A stretch of 63,938 bases of DNA, the filler included, from an uncultured bacterium (lineage in GTDB: Bacteria; Hinthialibacterota; Hinthialibacteria; Hinthialibacterales; Hinthialibacteraceae), in the NCBI GenBank assembly GCA_964449065.1. It is 7 parts of 7 records of this genome, joined end to end, with 100 filler letters (N's around TTAATTAATTAA, not from the genome) between each part and the next. Parts side by side here need not be neighbours in the genome. Positions count along the whole stretch, not along the records: positions 39,296 to 48,813 come from CAYVAZ010000198.1; positions 48,914 to 58,416 come from CAYVAZ010000199.1; positions 58,517 to 63,938 come from CAYVAZ010000338.1; 4 more parts are not named here. One strand, given 5' to 3'. The notes beneath the pieces are model-generated. The model was not told where the DNA came from. It saw nothing but the letters and a program-made list of their open reading frames with translations, and ran no database searches. Below are positions 48,661-59,219 of the stretch, one piece after another. A program made the position numbers and the translations under genes. Numbering within the stretch: position 1 is the stretch's first letter; every line of letters begins with the position of its first letter.

Positions 48661-48770
48661 TACTCTGACCATTTTCGATTGCAGCGCATTTTCCAAAAGT
48701 TTTTTCCGTTCAGGGAGCACCGGCTTCCATCCGGTAAATGGACGCGCACTGTAGCGAAACGCAACCCTAA

Positions 48771-48793
48771 GAGGGCGAGGCTCCCGCCGAGCC
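48771..48793. repeat. 23-bp REP-like repeat
   Basis: Exact reverse complement of 20013-20035. Confidence 0.75.
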
Positions 48794-48813
48794 AGCAGCA
48801 CGCTTTCTTCCCG

Positions 48814-48913
48814 NNNNNNNNNNNNNNNNNNNNNNNNNNNNNNNNNNNNNNNNNNNNTTAATTAATTAANNNNNNNNNNNNNNNNNNNNNNNNNNNNNNN
48901 NNNNNNNNNNNNN
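48814..48913. other. Artificial contig linker
   Basis: 100 nt of N with central TTAATTAATTAA. Confidence 0.98.
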
Positions 48914-50179
48914 TTGCGCTCGCAATCGTCACTGAACGCGCCGCTCTTGAGTTTGTTTTACATCATCGGAATTGTGGGGCTGCACCCGCTTGTATTTTTA
49001 CGGATTCAATCCATCGCAAAATGGAGTAAGGATTCCGGATGGTTCAAACCAATTGCCGTGTTTATTTTTTGGTTCACGGTTTTGGCCCTTTGCTTTTACT
49101 TTTTCCGTTCAAACCATGTGAGCCGCGATGGAATGGATTGGATTGAGCGAACCAAAGAGCCGGTTTGGCATTTGTATTTACGGGAACCGTTAACGATTGC
49201 GCTATACCGATGGGTTTATTTGGCGGGAAATACGATAACCGTGTTGTCTTCAAAAACCGCGATTGCATTGGTTTCGATTGTTACGAGTTTGATTGGGTTG
49301 ATGTTTTATCACGTGTTTCTACGTTCGGCGTTCCATAATCATTTTGAAAGGGGTTTGGGATGGATTCTTCTGCTTTCGTTTGGCGGGTTAGTTAGTCTAT
49401 TCTTTGGGCATATTGAGGTGTATGCGGTAGCGGTTGGATTTTTGTTTGTATTGACTGCCTGTATGCAAAAATACATTGCCGGGGAATGGAGTGTTATTCC
49501 GGTCACCATTGCGTGTTCACTGGCTTTTGTTGCCCACCTTTCCGCCGGATGGCTTTTGCCGGCGGTGTTTTTGCTTCCGTTTGTGAAAGGTAATGGCAAA
49601 TTATGGCGGGATATCTGCATTCTTTGGGGCGGCTTTTTTTTGATTCAGTTGTTGTTTTGGTATGGGTTAATCATTTGGAAGTACGAGGGCAGTCTCATTC
49701 AATTCGGCAACAGGCTGCATCAAACGTTTCACGTTGGATTGGACCGGGCGATGTTCATACCCCCGATGGAATGGTTTACGGCGCGGCATTTGTCGGACTG
49801 GTTTTCTGCGCTTTTGTATTTAATGCCTGGAGGTTTAATTCTTCTTCCGTTAGCATTCACGCGTATGGCTGCTAAACGAATCCTGGAACATTGCTTGTGG
49901 CTGGGAATGTTGGGGGGATATTTGCTCTACTCGTTCTGCTGGAATCCTGACCGGGGGTATCCGGAAGATTGGGATTTGTTTTCACCGCTTCCTGCGGTTT
50001 GTATTCCATTTTTATTGAAAACGGTGTTGGGTTCTTCCATCTGGGAGAGACGCGAACTCAATCCGCTTCCTGTTTCTCTTTATATCATCGCGGTGGGATT
50101 TTTGCCGTTTTCTTTGGCGCAGATCTGGTTTCATCATACACAGTACTTTATTTCGCCAACGATGTTTCTGCGGTTTTAA
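48914..50179 (+). CDS. Multi-pass membrane protein (possibly GT-C-like), 5' truncated
   Basis: About 10 hydrophobic segments; FFGHIEVYA and DRGYPEDWDLF motifs; open at the contig start. Confidence 0.7.
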   Translation: MRSQSSLNAPLLSLFYIIGIVGLHPLVFLRIQSIAKWSKDSGWFKPIAVFIFWFTVLALCFYFFRSNHVSRDGMDWIERTKEPVWHLYLREPLTIALYRWVYLAGNTITVLSSKTAIALVSIVTSLIGLMFYHVFLRSAFHNHFERGLGWILLLSFGGLVSLFFGHIEVYAVAVGFLFVLTACMQKYIAGEWSVIPVTIACSLAFVAHLSAGWLLPAVFLLPFVKGNGKLWRDICILWGGFFLIQLLFWYGLIIWKYEGSLIQFGNRLHQTFHVGLDRAMFIPPMEWFTARHLSDWFSALLYLMPGGLILLPLAFTRMAAKRILEHCLWLGMLGGYLLYSFCWNPDRGYPEDWDLFSPLPAVCIPFLLKTVLGSSIWERRELNPLPVSLYIIAVGFLPFSLAQIWFHHTQYFISPTMFLRF

Positions 50180-50978
50180 CGGTTTCATAAGGTGGGAGAT
50201 GTTTTACCACTTCCAAGATTAAGCCGATATGGTCGAAGTAGGACCGTCCCCATGGAATGATTTTCAAACCAACGATTTCGCCGTGATTCGCCAACATGGT
50301 TCCTCGGCTGTCCCCCCAGCGGGCGGAATCGATTCCGACCAAACCGTCGTTTAAACCGTCCCGGATGCGGTTGACTCTTGCCATGAATCTCCGCAGTTTG
50401 CCAGCCGGCGATGTATTGAGCGGATTCACAATGGAACTGTAGGAGAGGTAATGTACACCGGGATGATTGATGATCTTCCGATTGAATTCGGTTTGCATAT
50501 AGTGGGTGCTTAACTGCTCCAAACCGGTCCAATCGTTTTCGGATAAATCACGAAAAAAGAGACGGCTCTCTCCCGCAAAGATGAGAAAGGTTAACAGCCA
50601 CGATCCAAACGAGACGATCCGGGGGAAAATGCGGGGCACGTTGTCCGCAATCGATGAGCCGCGGTGAGGGGTCGATAAAGTGGTGACGGTGCAAATGCGA
50701 TGGCCTTGGTTCAAGCCGTTGGGAGACGCCAGATAGCGCGCATCCAGCCCCCCCATGCTGTGAGCGATGATATGTATGGGTTGCTCGGTTCCATAGTGGT
50801 GTTCGATTTGCCCGCGAATTTGACGGGCACGCGTTTCGATGGATGCGGTGGGATGAACCCGGGTACGAAAAGCGGAAATTCCCCGTTGCTGTAAGGCTGT
50901 ATCTACCCCATCGAACATCGACCATAACAGCATGTGCCGGTGCCCAAGAAAACCGTGGCAAATGATGACTGGGTACAT
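50148..50978 (-). CDS. Alpha/beta hydrolase (lipase/esterase)
   Basis: HGFLG oxyanion motif, AHSMGGLDAR nucleophile elbow, STPHRGS, NDGLV. Confidence 0.9.
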   Translation of the reverse strand: MYPVIICHGFLGHRHMLLWSMFDGVDTALQQRGISAFRTRVHPTASIETRARQIRGQIEHHYGTEQPIHIIAHSMGGLDARYLASPNGLNQGHRICTVTTLSTPHRGSSIADNVPRIFPRIVSFGSWLLTFLIFAGESRLFFRDLSENDWTGLEQLSTHYMQTEFNRKIINHPGVHYLSYSSIVNPLNTSPAGKLRRFMARVNRIRDGLNDGLVGIDSARWGDSRGTMLANHGEIVGLKIIPWGRSYFDHIGLILEVVKHLPPYETVKTAETSLAK

Positions 50979-50984
50979 TGAAAA

Positions 50985-51584
50985 TCACCGTCGTATAAAC
51001 CGTGCCATGCCCCAAATGGCAAAGTCACTTTCGTTGCCGTCTCCCGCATCCCGCACCGTTAATGTCAGAGAGCGCCGGCCGTAGACGGGTATTTCTACAT
51101 ATACCGGATTCATGTTATGGCGCAAGACCGGGCTTTGGTACAAAAGCGTGCCGCTGGTGCCGGTGCGTGCTTCTGTACCGCCCGCATAGATAGAAAAAAT
51201 GACGGATGAGTTTGCGTTTCCCGATTGCGCGTCAATACCGATTTCAGCAGCAAAGTGAGTGTACCCGTTCGGAACAAAACGCGCAAAAATCTCACTGTTT
51301 GCGTGTAGGCCAATGCCTTTGGCATAAAAAGTAGGGTGCGTATCTACTTGAATCTTCAAGGGATCCCCCAAAACCGAGGCATCATTGCGGGGATCGTATT
51401 TTTCGGCGGTTAAGACTTCGTATTCCAAGGCGCTGATGTAAATATCTTCTGGGGAATAAGTGGAGTAGAGAATAATTCCGCAAAGAATCAGGAGCAAGAT
51501 CACGAACGCCGTCTGCGATGCAGACCATTTTTGCAACGAAAAATCCATAGAATCTTGAAACATATTGGGTTGCTGAGTGTTCAC
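50985..51584 (-). CDS. Membrane-anchored NPCBM/NEW2 domain protein
   Basis: N-terminal TM; YAKGIGLHANSE, FAAEIGID, DAGDGNESDFAIWG. Confidence 0.85.
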   Translation of the reverse strand: MNTQQPNMFQDSMDFSLQKWSASQTAFVILLLILCGIILYSTYSPEDIYISALEYEVLTAEKYDPRNDASVLGDPLKIQVDTHPTFYAKGIGLHANSEIFARFVPNGYTHFAAEIGIDAQSGNANSSVIFSIYAGGTEARTGTSGTLLYQSPVLRHNMNPVYVEIPVYGRRSLTLTVRDAGDGNESDFAIWGMARFIRR

Positions 51585-51608
51585 AATTCAGTATACGATG
51601 GTGAATGG

Positions 51609-52226
51609 TTACTGCGTTTTCCGCTTGTTTTGCTCCACCAATTGCTCAACCAAATTTACAAACTCTTCCTTTTCGAAGCGGTTGGATTTGTACACTTCCA
51701 TACCGGAGGTGCTTAATCCTTTGGCGGTGACGGCGGCAGGATTGCTTGCCATTTCGGCGAAGAGGGTTGTTCCAGGCATCCCGTTGGTGACGTATTGAAT
51801 TCCGGATTTTTCCATTTCTTTGATTTGAAACTTCCCTTGATGCATGCCGACGGAACTGGTAAAGCCGATCTCACTTTTTGGGTATAAAAATAAGATCAAG
51901 TGTTCGTCTTCTTTGTATGTGGTGATGGGAACTTTCATGACATGCTTTGGGCCGGCACCGCCCAGTTGTTTGAATGTAAAGGTATCGTTGTACTCTCCCT
52001 GAATCCCGCGAAGGACTTTGAAGGTATACCAAGTGGCGATCATGCCGGATTCCTCATCCCGTCCGGTTTCGATGGCGACGCATTTTCCCTCAAAGATATG
52101 TTCGGCAGACTTGGTGATGGAATCGAGAGATAAAGGTTTGACTTTACCGGCGCTTGCCGCATAGGGATCGCACAGGAAGAAAGTTCCTAAGGCACTCAGA
52201 ATTATAAATTTATGTAAAGTATTCAT
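51609..52226 (-). CDS. Hypothetical exported protein
   Basis: Signal peptide; AEHIFEGKC...TWYTFKV...QLGG...VGMHQGKF. Confidence 0.7.
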   Translation of the reverse strand: MNTLHKFIILSALGTFFLCDPYAASAGKVKPLSLDSITKSAEHIFEGKCVAIETGRDEESGMIATWYTFKVLRGIQGEYNDTFTFKQLGGAGPKHVMKVPITTYKEDEHLILFLYPKSEIGFTSSVGMHQGKFQIKEMEKSGIQYVTNGMPGTTLFAEMASNPAAVTAKGLSTSGMEVYKSNRFEKEEFVNLVEQLVEQNKRKTQ

Positions 52227-52459
52227 CTGACCGTTCCTTTTCTGAATGTTGGTGTCTTTCTAAAGTATATCATGATTTTTAGAATTGATGGCATCAATCA
52301 CTTGTTTCAATGTCTGGTCTCTTCCTATTTCGGTGTTATCATAACTGTTTACTAGTTTGAAACAATACGAAAATACTGGTAACCTTTGATGGACTGTCGA
52401 TTGAGTTGTGCTTCATCCGAGGTAAGTATACGTTTGACTCTAAGTATAGGATAAAAATA

Positions 52460-55180
52460 ATGTTAACGCTAGAAGATTTAAACAATTTACGCAGCCGGGA
52501 AAAATGGCAGGAAATCGCCGAGGAAGCCCGTAAACATATTCAAGAATCCGTGGATGCCTTTGTATTGAGAGGATTGGCTCAGGCCTTGGACAAATTGGAC
52601 CAACGGAATGAAGAATATGAATCCACACTGTTGCAGTTGTTGGAATTGAAGGACCGTACCTCAGATACCGCGCATAAATTGTCGCAATATTATCAAGAAA
52701 AGAATGATGAAGAAGAAGCGATACGCCATCTGCAAATTGCGGTGGAATCTTGTGTTGAGGAAGAACAGTTTGACTTGTTGGATGAGTATTGGAATGAATT
52801 GCTGACTTTGATTCCAGAGGAATTGCCCTTTTTTATTCGGAACGCGAAAGCCGTTTCCGAAAATCATTCCCACAAAGCTGCCCAGTTGCTGCATACGTTG
52901 GTTTCTGTCTGCGAAGAACAAGAAGAATGGCATACGCAATATGAAGTATTGGATTTGATTTTACAACTCACACCGGAGGATCAGTCGCTTCGTGAACCGT
53001 TTATTAAATGCCTCCAAAATCTCTATTCCGATTCAGACAAGCTGAAAGAAATCTTTGAATTTACTCATGTGGAACAAGCCGGCAAAAATTTATCGGACGC
53101 CTTGCAGGAAACCGAACGCTTTGCCCGCTTTATTCCTGGCAATTATGTTATGCATCCGGATTGGGGTGTGGGGAAAGTGAAAAATCTCAGCATGAAAAAC
53201 CGCCGCGTGCAAATTAACTTTCAAAAGAAAAAAGACCACAAAATGTCGCTGGATTTAGCGGATAGCGCCGTTCAACATTTGGAAAAGGATGACATCCGGG
53301 TGTTAAGCGTGGTGGACCGGGATAATTTGATGAATACCTCCAAAGAAGACCCGGTTGCGTTTATCAAAATTTTGCTGAAAAGCTTTGGCGGCAGCATGAA
53401 CACCAAAGATATGAAGGAATATGTTGTACCGCGTTTAATGTCGATGCGGCAGTGGACGTCGTGGTGGTCGAATGCCAATTCGCTGGCGCGTAAAGATCCG
53501 CATATATCGGTTTCAGGCGGAGTCACGAAGCAGTTTACACTGCATAAGCGAGCCGTCAGCGATGAAGATGATTTGCTCTTGAAATTCGATGAGACCCGTA
53601 CGGTGCATGATAAAGTGGATCAAATCTATGGGTATTTGCGGAATACAAAAAAAGACGACGTTCAGATCAAAGTGATTCACCATTTTACCCAAAAAATCCA
53701 TGCAATCGCCCCCACACGGAAAAGTCCACTGGAAATCGTGGAATTGTGGTTTACCAACGAAGACCTAAAAAAGTTTGACGTCGCGGTGGAATCGCTTCCA
53801 GACGAATTACTTTATCAAACATTAGAAAATGTAGAGCAAGCCGAACGCATTCTGCCGGATTTGCGGACGAAATCGCACCAATGGCGCTATGCCAAGCGAA
53901 TCAAAGAAGTGCACAACGAGAATTGGACGGAAATCTTTAAACAATTGATCCTGCACCCCAGCATTGATATCCGCGATGAGTTGGCAAAGGAACTGGAAAA
54001 AGCAGGCGCCACCCACGTCATTGATGATATTGTCGATACCGCGCTGAATGATTTCCGCCAATACTCGTATTTGTTCATATGGATTTCGGGCAAGGCGCTG
54101 ACCCGCGCCAACAATTGGCTGCAAGACAAAATCTCTACCGCAATCATTCTTGACCGTTTGCTGCTTTTGGTTGATTACCTCAGCAGTCAGGCTAAACGGC
54201 GCGACAAAGACGAAGCCTTATGGCTGCGCAAGGTGGCCTCTGCGGCGCGGGATATCATCCGCCGGGGGAATTATTCGATCTTTAAGGAAAGCCTCAATGA
54301 GGTGGATGAGCCCAATGCGCAGTCCATCTACCGGCGCGCCGCGGCCAACGAAGGCCTCGACAGCCGAACCTCCAGCGATTTAACCATGCTGGTACGCGCA
54401 CGGTTTCCAACCCTGTTAGTATCAAAAGAGGACGAAGAAGCTATCGGACCGCAAGGCGTCTTATGCTTGCCGCGCAGTTTAACGATCAAAAAAGAGCTCA
54501 TCAAACGTTTGGTGGAAGTGGATATGCCCCAGGTGGTGCAGGAAATCGAAACCGCCCGCCAGCATGGCGACTTGCGCGAAAACGCCGAATACCACGCTGC
54601 CAAAGATAAGCAAAAACTGTTGGCCTCTCAGGTGGCGGAACTGCAAGAGTCACTTTCGTCTCCACAAGCGATCTATTTGGAAAATGTGGAGCCTGACGAG
54701 ATCCAGTTTGGCACCGAGTTTAAGGTGCAACCGGCTGCTTCGGATGTCACGGAAGAATACATCATGCTGGGACCGTGGGAATCGGACCCAGACCACAATA
54801 TTCTTTCCTACCAAGCTCCGTTCGCGCAGTTCTTTTTAGGCAAAAAAGTGGGCGATTTTGTTGACGTAGAACTGCCGATGCACACCGGCCGCTATGAAGT
54901 GCAGGAAATCAACGTGCTGACACCCGAACGCATCGATGATTTGAACATCTTTGAACGCGTAGCACAACTCGATATTAACTTGGATTCCGACCTGGATGCG
55001 GTAAGTGAAACCGCCCTTCTGGACGCGGCCATTTCAACGGAACACAAAAAAGAGCCGACTGCGCTGGAAGAAACAAAGCCGCCGGCGGAACCGGCATCAG
55101 AACAGGGCGGTGAAACGATGCAGCCGGAAGATGAGACGGTCTCACAAGGTGTCAGCTCCACCTCGTATCGGCTGGATTAA
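52460..55180 (+). CDS. greA: Transcription elongation factor GreA with long N-terminal extension
   Basis: C-terminal ARQHGDLRENAEYHAAK, LGPWESD...ILSYQAPFA...GKKVGD; about 650-aa N-terminal region; start ATG 52460. Confidence 0.9.
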   Translation: MLTLEDLNNLRSREKWQEIAEEARKHIQESVDAFVLRGLAQALDKLDQRNEEYESTLLQLLELKDRTSDTAHKLSQYYQEKNDEEEAIRHLQIAVESCVEEEQFDLLDEYWNELLTLIPEELPFFIRNAKAVSENHSHKAAQLLHTLVSVCEEQEEWHTQYEVLDLILQLTPEDQSLREPFIKCLQNLYSDSDKLKEIFEFTHVEQAGKNLSDALQETERFARFIPGNYVMHPDWGVGKVKNLSMKNRRVQINFQKKKDHKMSLDLADSAVQHLEKDDIRVLSVVDRDNLMNTSKEDPVAFIKILLKSFGGSMNTKDMKEYVVPRLMSMRQWTSWWSNANSLARKDPHISVSGGVTKQFTLHKRAVSDEDDLLLKFDETRTVHDKVDQIYGYLRNTKKDDVQIKVIHHFTQKIHAIAPTRKSPLEIVELWFTNEDLKKFDVAVESLPDELLYQTLENVEQAERILPDLRTKSHQWRYAKRIKEVHNENWTEIFKQLILHPSIDIRDELAKELEKAGATHVIDDIVDTALNDFRQYSYLFIWISGKALTRANNWLQDKISTAIILDRLLLLVDYLSSQAKRRDKDEALWLRKVASAARDIIRRGNYSIFKESLNEVDEPNAQSIYRRAAANEGLDSRTSSDLTMLVRARFPTLLVSKEDEEAIGPQGVLCLPRSLTIKKELIKRLVEVDMPQVVQEIETARQHGDLRENAEYHAAKDKQKLLASQVAELQESLSSPQAIYLENVEPDEIQFGTEFKVQPAASDVTEEYIMLGPWESDPDHNILSYQAPFAQFFLGKKVGDFVDVELPMHTGRYEVQEINVLTPERIDDLNIFERVAQLDINLDSDLDAVSETALLDAAISTEHKKEPTALEETKPPAEPASEQGGETMQPEDETVSQGVSSTSYRLD

Positions 55181-55271
55181 ACCGCGAATGAATGCCCGCA
55201 CTCAAAAAATATCATCGTTGTTTTCGAGTGGGTTGATCCAAGCGAACCCTTTCATTACCCATCATGATCAA

Positions 55272-56768
55272 TTATGAACTAACAAAATGCTCTTCCACCA
55301 GCTTGTTCTTCTGAATCTTGCCGGTCGGCGTCTTCGGCATTTGATCGATGATCTCAAAGCTGTCAGGTACTTTGTAATCGGCCAGGTTTTCTTTGCAAAC
55401 TTGACGCAGCATATTCTCATCCACCTTGCCCTGTGCTTCTTCCGCCAACGTTACGAAAGCGTACGGTACTTCCGTGCGCAGCTTGTGCGGTTTGGGCACG
55501 ACGGCGGCATCTACCACTCCAGGCACTTTCAGCAATGTTTCTTCAATCTCACGCGGGTAAATGTTTTCACCGGATGAGACAATCAAATCTTTATAGCGCC
55601 CTTTGATGGCGATGTAGCCTTCTTCATCCATCATTGCCATATCGCCGGTGCGCAGCCAGCCGTCTTGGTGAAACGACGCATCGGTTGCCTTTTGGTTTTT
55701 GTAATACCCCTTCATCAAATTCTCGCCCATCACGCACAACTCGCCCACTTCTCCTAGAGGAAGTCCTTTTCCATCTTCATCACGAATTTCGACCTTCACG
55801 CCTTCAATCGGCGGCCCGATAGTGCCCGCTTTGTTCTTTCCAGGCGGATTGACGGAAACCACCGGCGCGGCTTCGGTTAAACCATAGCCTTCCAGCACTT
55901 CATGCTTAAACTTCTGTATGAATTGCTCGCCGGTAGTGCGCGGCAAGGGGCCGCCTCCGGATACCACCACCCGCAGTTGATGGTTTTCCGCCACTTGCGG
56001 CGGGGCCATGCGCGCCATGAGTTGCAGCATGGGCGGCACGGCAACCAAGATGATGCTTTTTTCTTTTACCAACGCCTCCATCAACTTTTGCGGAGCAAAT
56101 TGCGGATACAGCACCACCTTGCCCCCGCTGTTCAATGCCGCAAACGCAATGACCGTCATCGCAAAAGTATGGAACAGAGGAAGAATGCACAAAAAAGTAT
56201 CCTCCTGCCCGAAGTGAAGTACATTGGCAAATCCATGATAATTCGACATGATGTTGCGGTGGGTGAGCATCACGCCTTTCGGATCGCCGGTTGTGCCGGA
56301 GGTATACAATATCATGGATAGATCATCGGCATGGGTTTCCGGTGTCAAATCATCCGTTGTGTTGCTCTCATTATAAACTTGGGGAATGGGAATGAATTTC
56401 ACGCGGTCATCAAACCGCGATTGCACATGCGGTATTTTTTCTTCCAGGGCGGGATCATACACCACCAACGGCGCATCCGAGTGCTGGATCAGCAGAGCCG
56501 CCTCGGCTGGATTGAGCAGAGGGTTGAGAGGAACAATCACATGCCCCGCCCCTAAAATGCCGACGGCTGTAGGGATAAAAAACGGCGTATTGGGGCTGAT
56601 GAGAACAATCGTTTGCCCCGGGGTTTGCAACTCGTTTTGAAAATAATGGCCCGCACGGTTGATATGCTCTTTTAATTGCCCAAACGAAAACCGCCCGCCT
56701 TCCCATTGCAAGGCGGTGGCGTCTCCGTATTTTTCGATCGAGTCTACATAATCCCGGTAAAGCGTCAT
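55272..56768 (-). CDS. Long-chain fatty acid--CoA ligase (AMP-binding)
   Basis: YTSGTTGDPKG, EGYGLTE, GWLRTGD, GENIYPREIE, PKTPTGKI. Confidence 0.92.
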   Translation of the reverse strand: MTLYRDYVDSIEKYGDATALQWEGGRFSFGQLKEHINRAGHYFQNELQTPGQTIVLISPNTPFFIPTAVGILGAGHVIVPLNPLLNPAEAALLIQHSDAPLVVYDPALEEKIPHVQSRFDDRVKFIPIPQVYNESNTTDDLTPETHADDLSMILYTSGTTGDPKGVMLTHRNIMSNYHGFANVLHFGQEDTFLCILPLFHTFAMTVIAFAALNSGGKVVLYPQFAPQKLMEALVKEKSIILVAVPPMLQLMARMAPPQVAENHQLRVVVSGGGPLPRTTGEQFIQKFKHEVLEGYGLTEAAPVVSVNPPGKNKAGTIGPPIEGVKVEIRDEDGKGLPLGEVGELCVMGENLMKGYYKNQKATDASFHQDGWLRTGDMAMMDEEGYIAIKGRYKDLIVSSGENIYPREIEETLLKVPGVVDAAVVPKPHKLRTEVPYAFVTLAEEAQGKVDENMLRQVCKENLADYKVPDSFEIIDQMPKTPTGKIQKNKLVEEHFVSS

Positions 56769-56931
56769 ACTCTCACCTCATTCATCATCATCTAAAATTA
56801 CATAAAATCTTAACAATCCACGCAAATGAAGCCTAATCATACCACAAAGATTTATGAGATAAACAACCTATGAATGCTTTTTTCGCAAAATCCGACGAAT
56901 TGTAAAAAAGAAAAAAAAGTGAAAAAGCGCA

Positions 56932-56960
56932 TTGCAATTAAATTACATTTAATGTAATAT
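56932..56960 (+). promoter_or_regulatory. Candidate sigma70 promoter with overlapping palindrome
   Basis: TTGCAA-N17-TAATAT with ATTACAT-TTA-ATGTAAT at 56942-56958. Confidence 0.4.
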
Positions 56961-57021
56961 GACTGGCGTGGACACCGAAGGGGAGAGGGTTCGATGAATC
57001 CAGCAGTTGGGAGAAATTAGA

Positions 57022-57312
57022 ATGGTTAGACCAACCAAACAAGAGTTGTTGAACCACTATAACACCCGTGTGCCGAACCGGTTTCAGCAAATCGACGGCT
57101 ACGATGACATTGAAGAAAACGAAGTGGTTCAGCCGGATGAAGATGGGCATGCCATCTTTACGTGTGATACCTATGAACTTATGGCAGGATCAACTGTCCG
57201 TGTGTTGGTGAATCCAGATGCGCCGAAAGAAACCGTGATCGCCTTATTGGACAAAATCCGCCGACAGTATGAAGACAACAGCAGAATCGCGGTTGCCGAT
57301 ACCAAACATTAA
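57022..57312 (+). CDS. Hypothetical acidic protein (96 aa)
   Basis: GGGAGA RBS before ATG 57022; protein-like composition; no recognised motif. Confidence 0.65.
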   Translation: MVRPTKQELLNHYNTRVPNRFQQIDGYDDIEENEVVQPDEDGHAIFTCDTYELMAGSTVRVLVNPDAPKETVIALLDKIRRQYEDNSRIAVADTKH

Positions 57313-57540
57313 GGTAACGGCCATATGGGTTGAGTGGTAGTGGGTTTCCAGGGTTGAGGGAGGAAGCACACTGCCTCTTTGTTTTTTTATCGTCATCGTA
57401 TAATTTCAAGCATAAAGTAATGCCGTTTTCAGTTTGGATTGTTGAGTTCGCGCGCCGATAAGCCTCAGCGAATGAATGGCTTAGCGGTTTTCTTTCTAAG
57501 CAATCCCAAATAGAAGTGGTCGAAGAAGCAGGTACCAAAC

Positions 57541-58167
57541 ATGTCAGATCAATCCGAATTTCATCCCGGTGTATACATCCATCCTTCCGCGTATGTTGAT
57601 GAGCCTTGCACCATTGGTCCCGGCACCAAGATTTGGCATTTTTGCCATGTCATGAAGAATTCCGTGTTGGGCGAAAACTGTGTGCTGGGGCAAAACGTCT
57701 TTATAGCCAACGATGTGAAAGTCGGCCGCAACGTGAAGATTCAAAACAACGTATCGCTTTACACTGGTATCACTGTGGAAGACGATGTGTTTTTGGGGCC
57801 TTCCTGCGTATTGACCAATGTCATCAATCCCCGCAGCCAGATCGTGCGGCATTCTGAATATATGGAAACGCGGATACGCCGGGGGGCGACCATCGGCGCC
57901 AACGCGACAATTGTGTGCGGCAAGACCATCGGGCGCTATGCCTTCATCGCGGCGGGCGCGGTCGTAGCCAAAGATGTGCCCGACTATGCCCTTATCACCG
58001 GCGTGCCTGGAGAACGCAAAGGCTGGATGAGCCGCCACGGCTTTCGCCTGCCTGAACCGGACCGCGACGGGATCACCATCTGCCCTGAAAGCGGTTGGAA
58101 ATACCAACGCAGCGGAGTGGATACGCTCCGGTGTTTAGACCATCCTGAAGACAAATCGTTAGAATAA
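57541..58167 (+). CDS. Hexapeptide-repeat N-acetyltransferase (WbpD/WlbB-like)
   Basis: TKIWHFCHV, LGQNV, VKIQNNVSLY, VFLGPSCVLTNVINPRS, GATIGANATIVCG. Confidence 0.9.
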   Translation: MSDQSEFHPGVYIHPSAYVDEPCTIGPGTKIWHFCHVMKNSVLGENCVLGQNVFIANDVKVGRNVKIQNNVSLYTGITVEDDVFLGPSCVLTNVINPRSQIVRHSEYMETRIRRGATIGANATIVCGKTIGRYAFIAAGAVVAKDVPDYALITGVPGERKGWMSRHGFRLPEPDRDGITICPESGWKYQRSGVDTLRCLDHPEDKSLE

Positions 58168-58214
58168 ACTTGGGGATTGCATCGCGCATAGAAATCGCTT
58201 TCATTTCGCTGGGC

Positions 58215-58403
58215 TTACTCCGGGCGAACCACACATTTTAAAAATGAAGGGATGTTAATCCCCTGTTTCAACCCTTTGATAAAGCCCGCGGGCAGATCAT
58301 CATAAACCGCCGCCTGCTGGGGGATGGTGTGCCAAAAGGTAATTTGATCCCGAAAGACGGGATCCTTGCGCAACCGGTCTAACACCGCTTCAGGACTATT
58401 CAT
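58215..58403 (-). pseudogene. N-terminal fragment resembling MrfA/YprA-type DEAD/DEAH helicases
   Basis: VLDRLRKDPVFRDQITFWHTIPQQAAVYDDLP; stops after 62 aa with no helicase core. Confidence 0.45.
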
Positions 58404-58416
58404 CTCAACCCTTGTC

Positions 58417-58516
58417 NNNNNNNNNNNNNNNNNNNNNNNNNNNNNNNNNNNNNNNNNNNNTTAATTAATTAANNNNNNNNNNNNNNNNNNNNNNNNNNNN
58501 NNNNNNNNNNNNNNNN
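58417..58516. other. Artificial contig linker
   Basis: 100 nt of N with central TTAATTAATTAA. Confidence 0.98.
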
Positions 58517-59151
58517 ACCACATAGATTCCCGCGTTTAGTGCTCGCTCCACCGCAGCCTCACTTTCAGTAGCGTCCGCCTCCAGCAATGCCTCGATAGCA
58601 GGCAGGGTAAGACCACCAAGCGACATGGAAATGATATCGGCAGCGTTGGCCCGGCACCAATCGACCGCAGCGGCAATTATCCCGGAGTCTGTGCCACCAT
58701 CCGCAGTAAACACTCGCGCGACAAGAAGATTGACGTTCGGGGCCCCTCCCGTGAGTTCACCATTCATCGCGATAATGCCAGCCACATGGGTTCCGTGCCC
58801 ATTGCTATCGATTGGGTTTGGGGAATTTTCGGTAGTAAAGTCGGCCCATTTTACCGCACCCCGCGCAAACAGGTGGGCAAACGCCGGGTGGGCCGCATCG
58901 ATGCCAGTGTCGACAACGCAAACGTCGACGCCCAGACCGGATAGCCCGGTTGCGCTAAGTTTATCGATCCCTACCCCCTCGTAAGCAAAAGCATTGGGGC
59001 CATAAGCCGGTGTTGCTGGTGAGGGTTCTTGGGGCAATGGGGCGCTGTTTTCGGGCGCATTTGAGTTGCTGTCTCCGCTATTACCATCGCAGGCGGAAAG
59101 ACAGAAGATAACGGAAATCGTTAAGAATAATTGTTTCAGAATAGACAACAT
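58517..59151 (-). CDS. S8 (subtilisin-like) serine peptidase lipoprotein, 3' truncated
   Basis: Lipobox CLSAC; VVDTGID (Asp), HGTHVAG (His), ISMSLGG; start set at ATG 59151. Confidence 0.88.
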
Positions 59152-59219
59152 ATTGTTGGCGTGCAAGCGCCTCGGCGATCGTGACATCCTCTGGCAACAT
59201 ACCCATATCGACGCACTCG

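Noticed and set aside
56958..57015. ZTP (pfl) riboswitch suggested by GACTGGCG...GGGGAG
   Set aside because: The required 3' CGCCTGGG hairpin is absent and the downstream gene is not purine/folate related.
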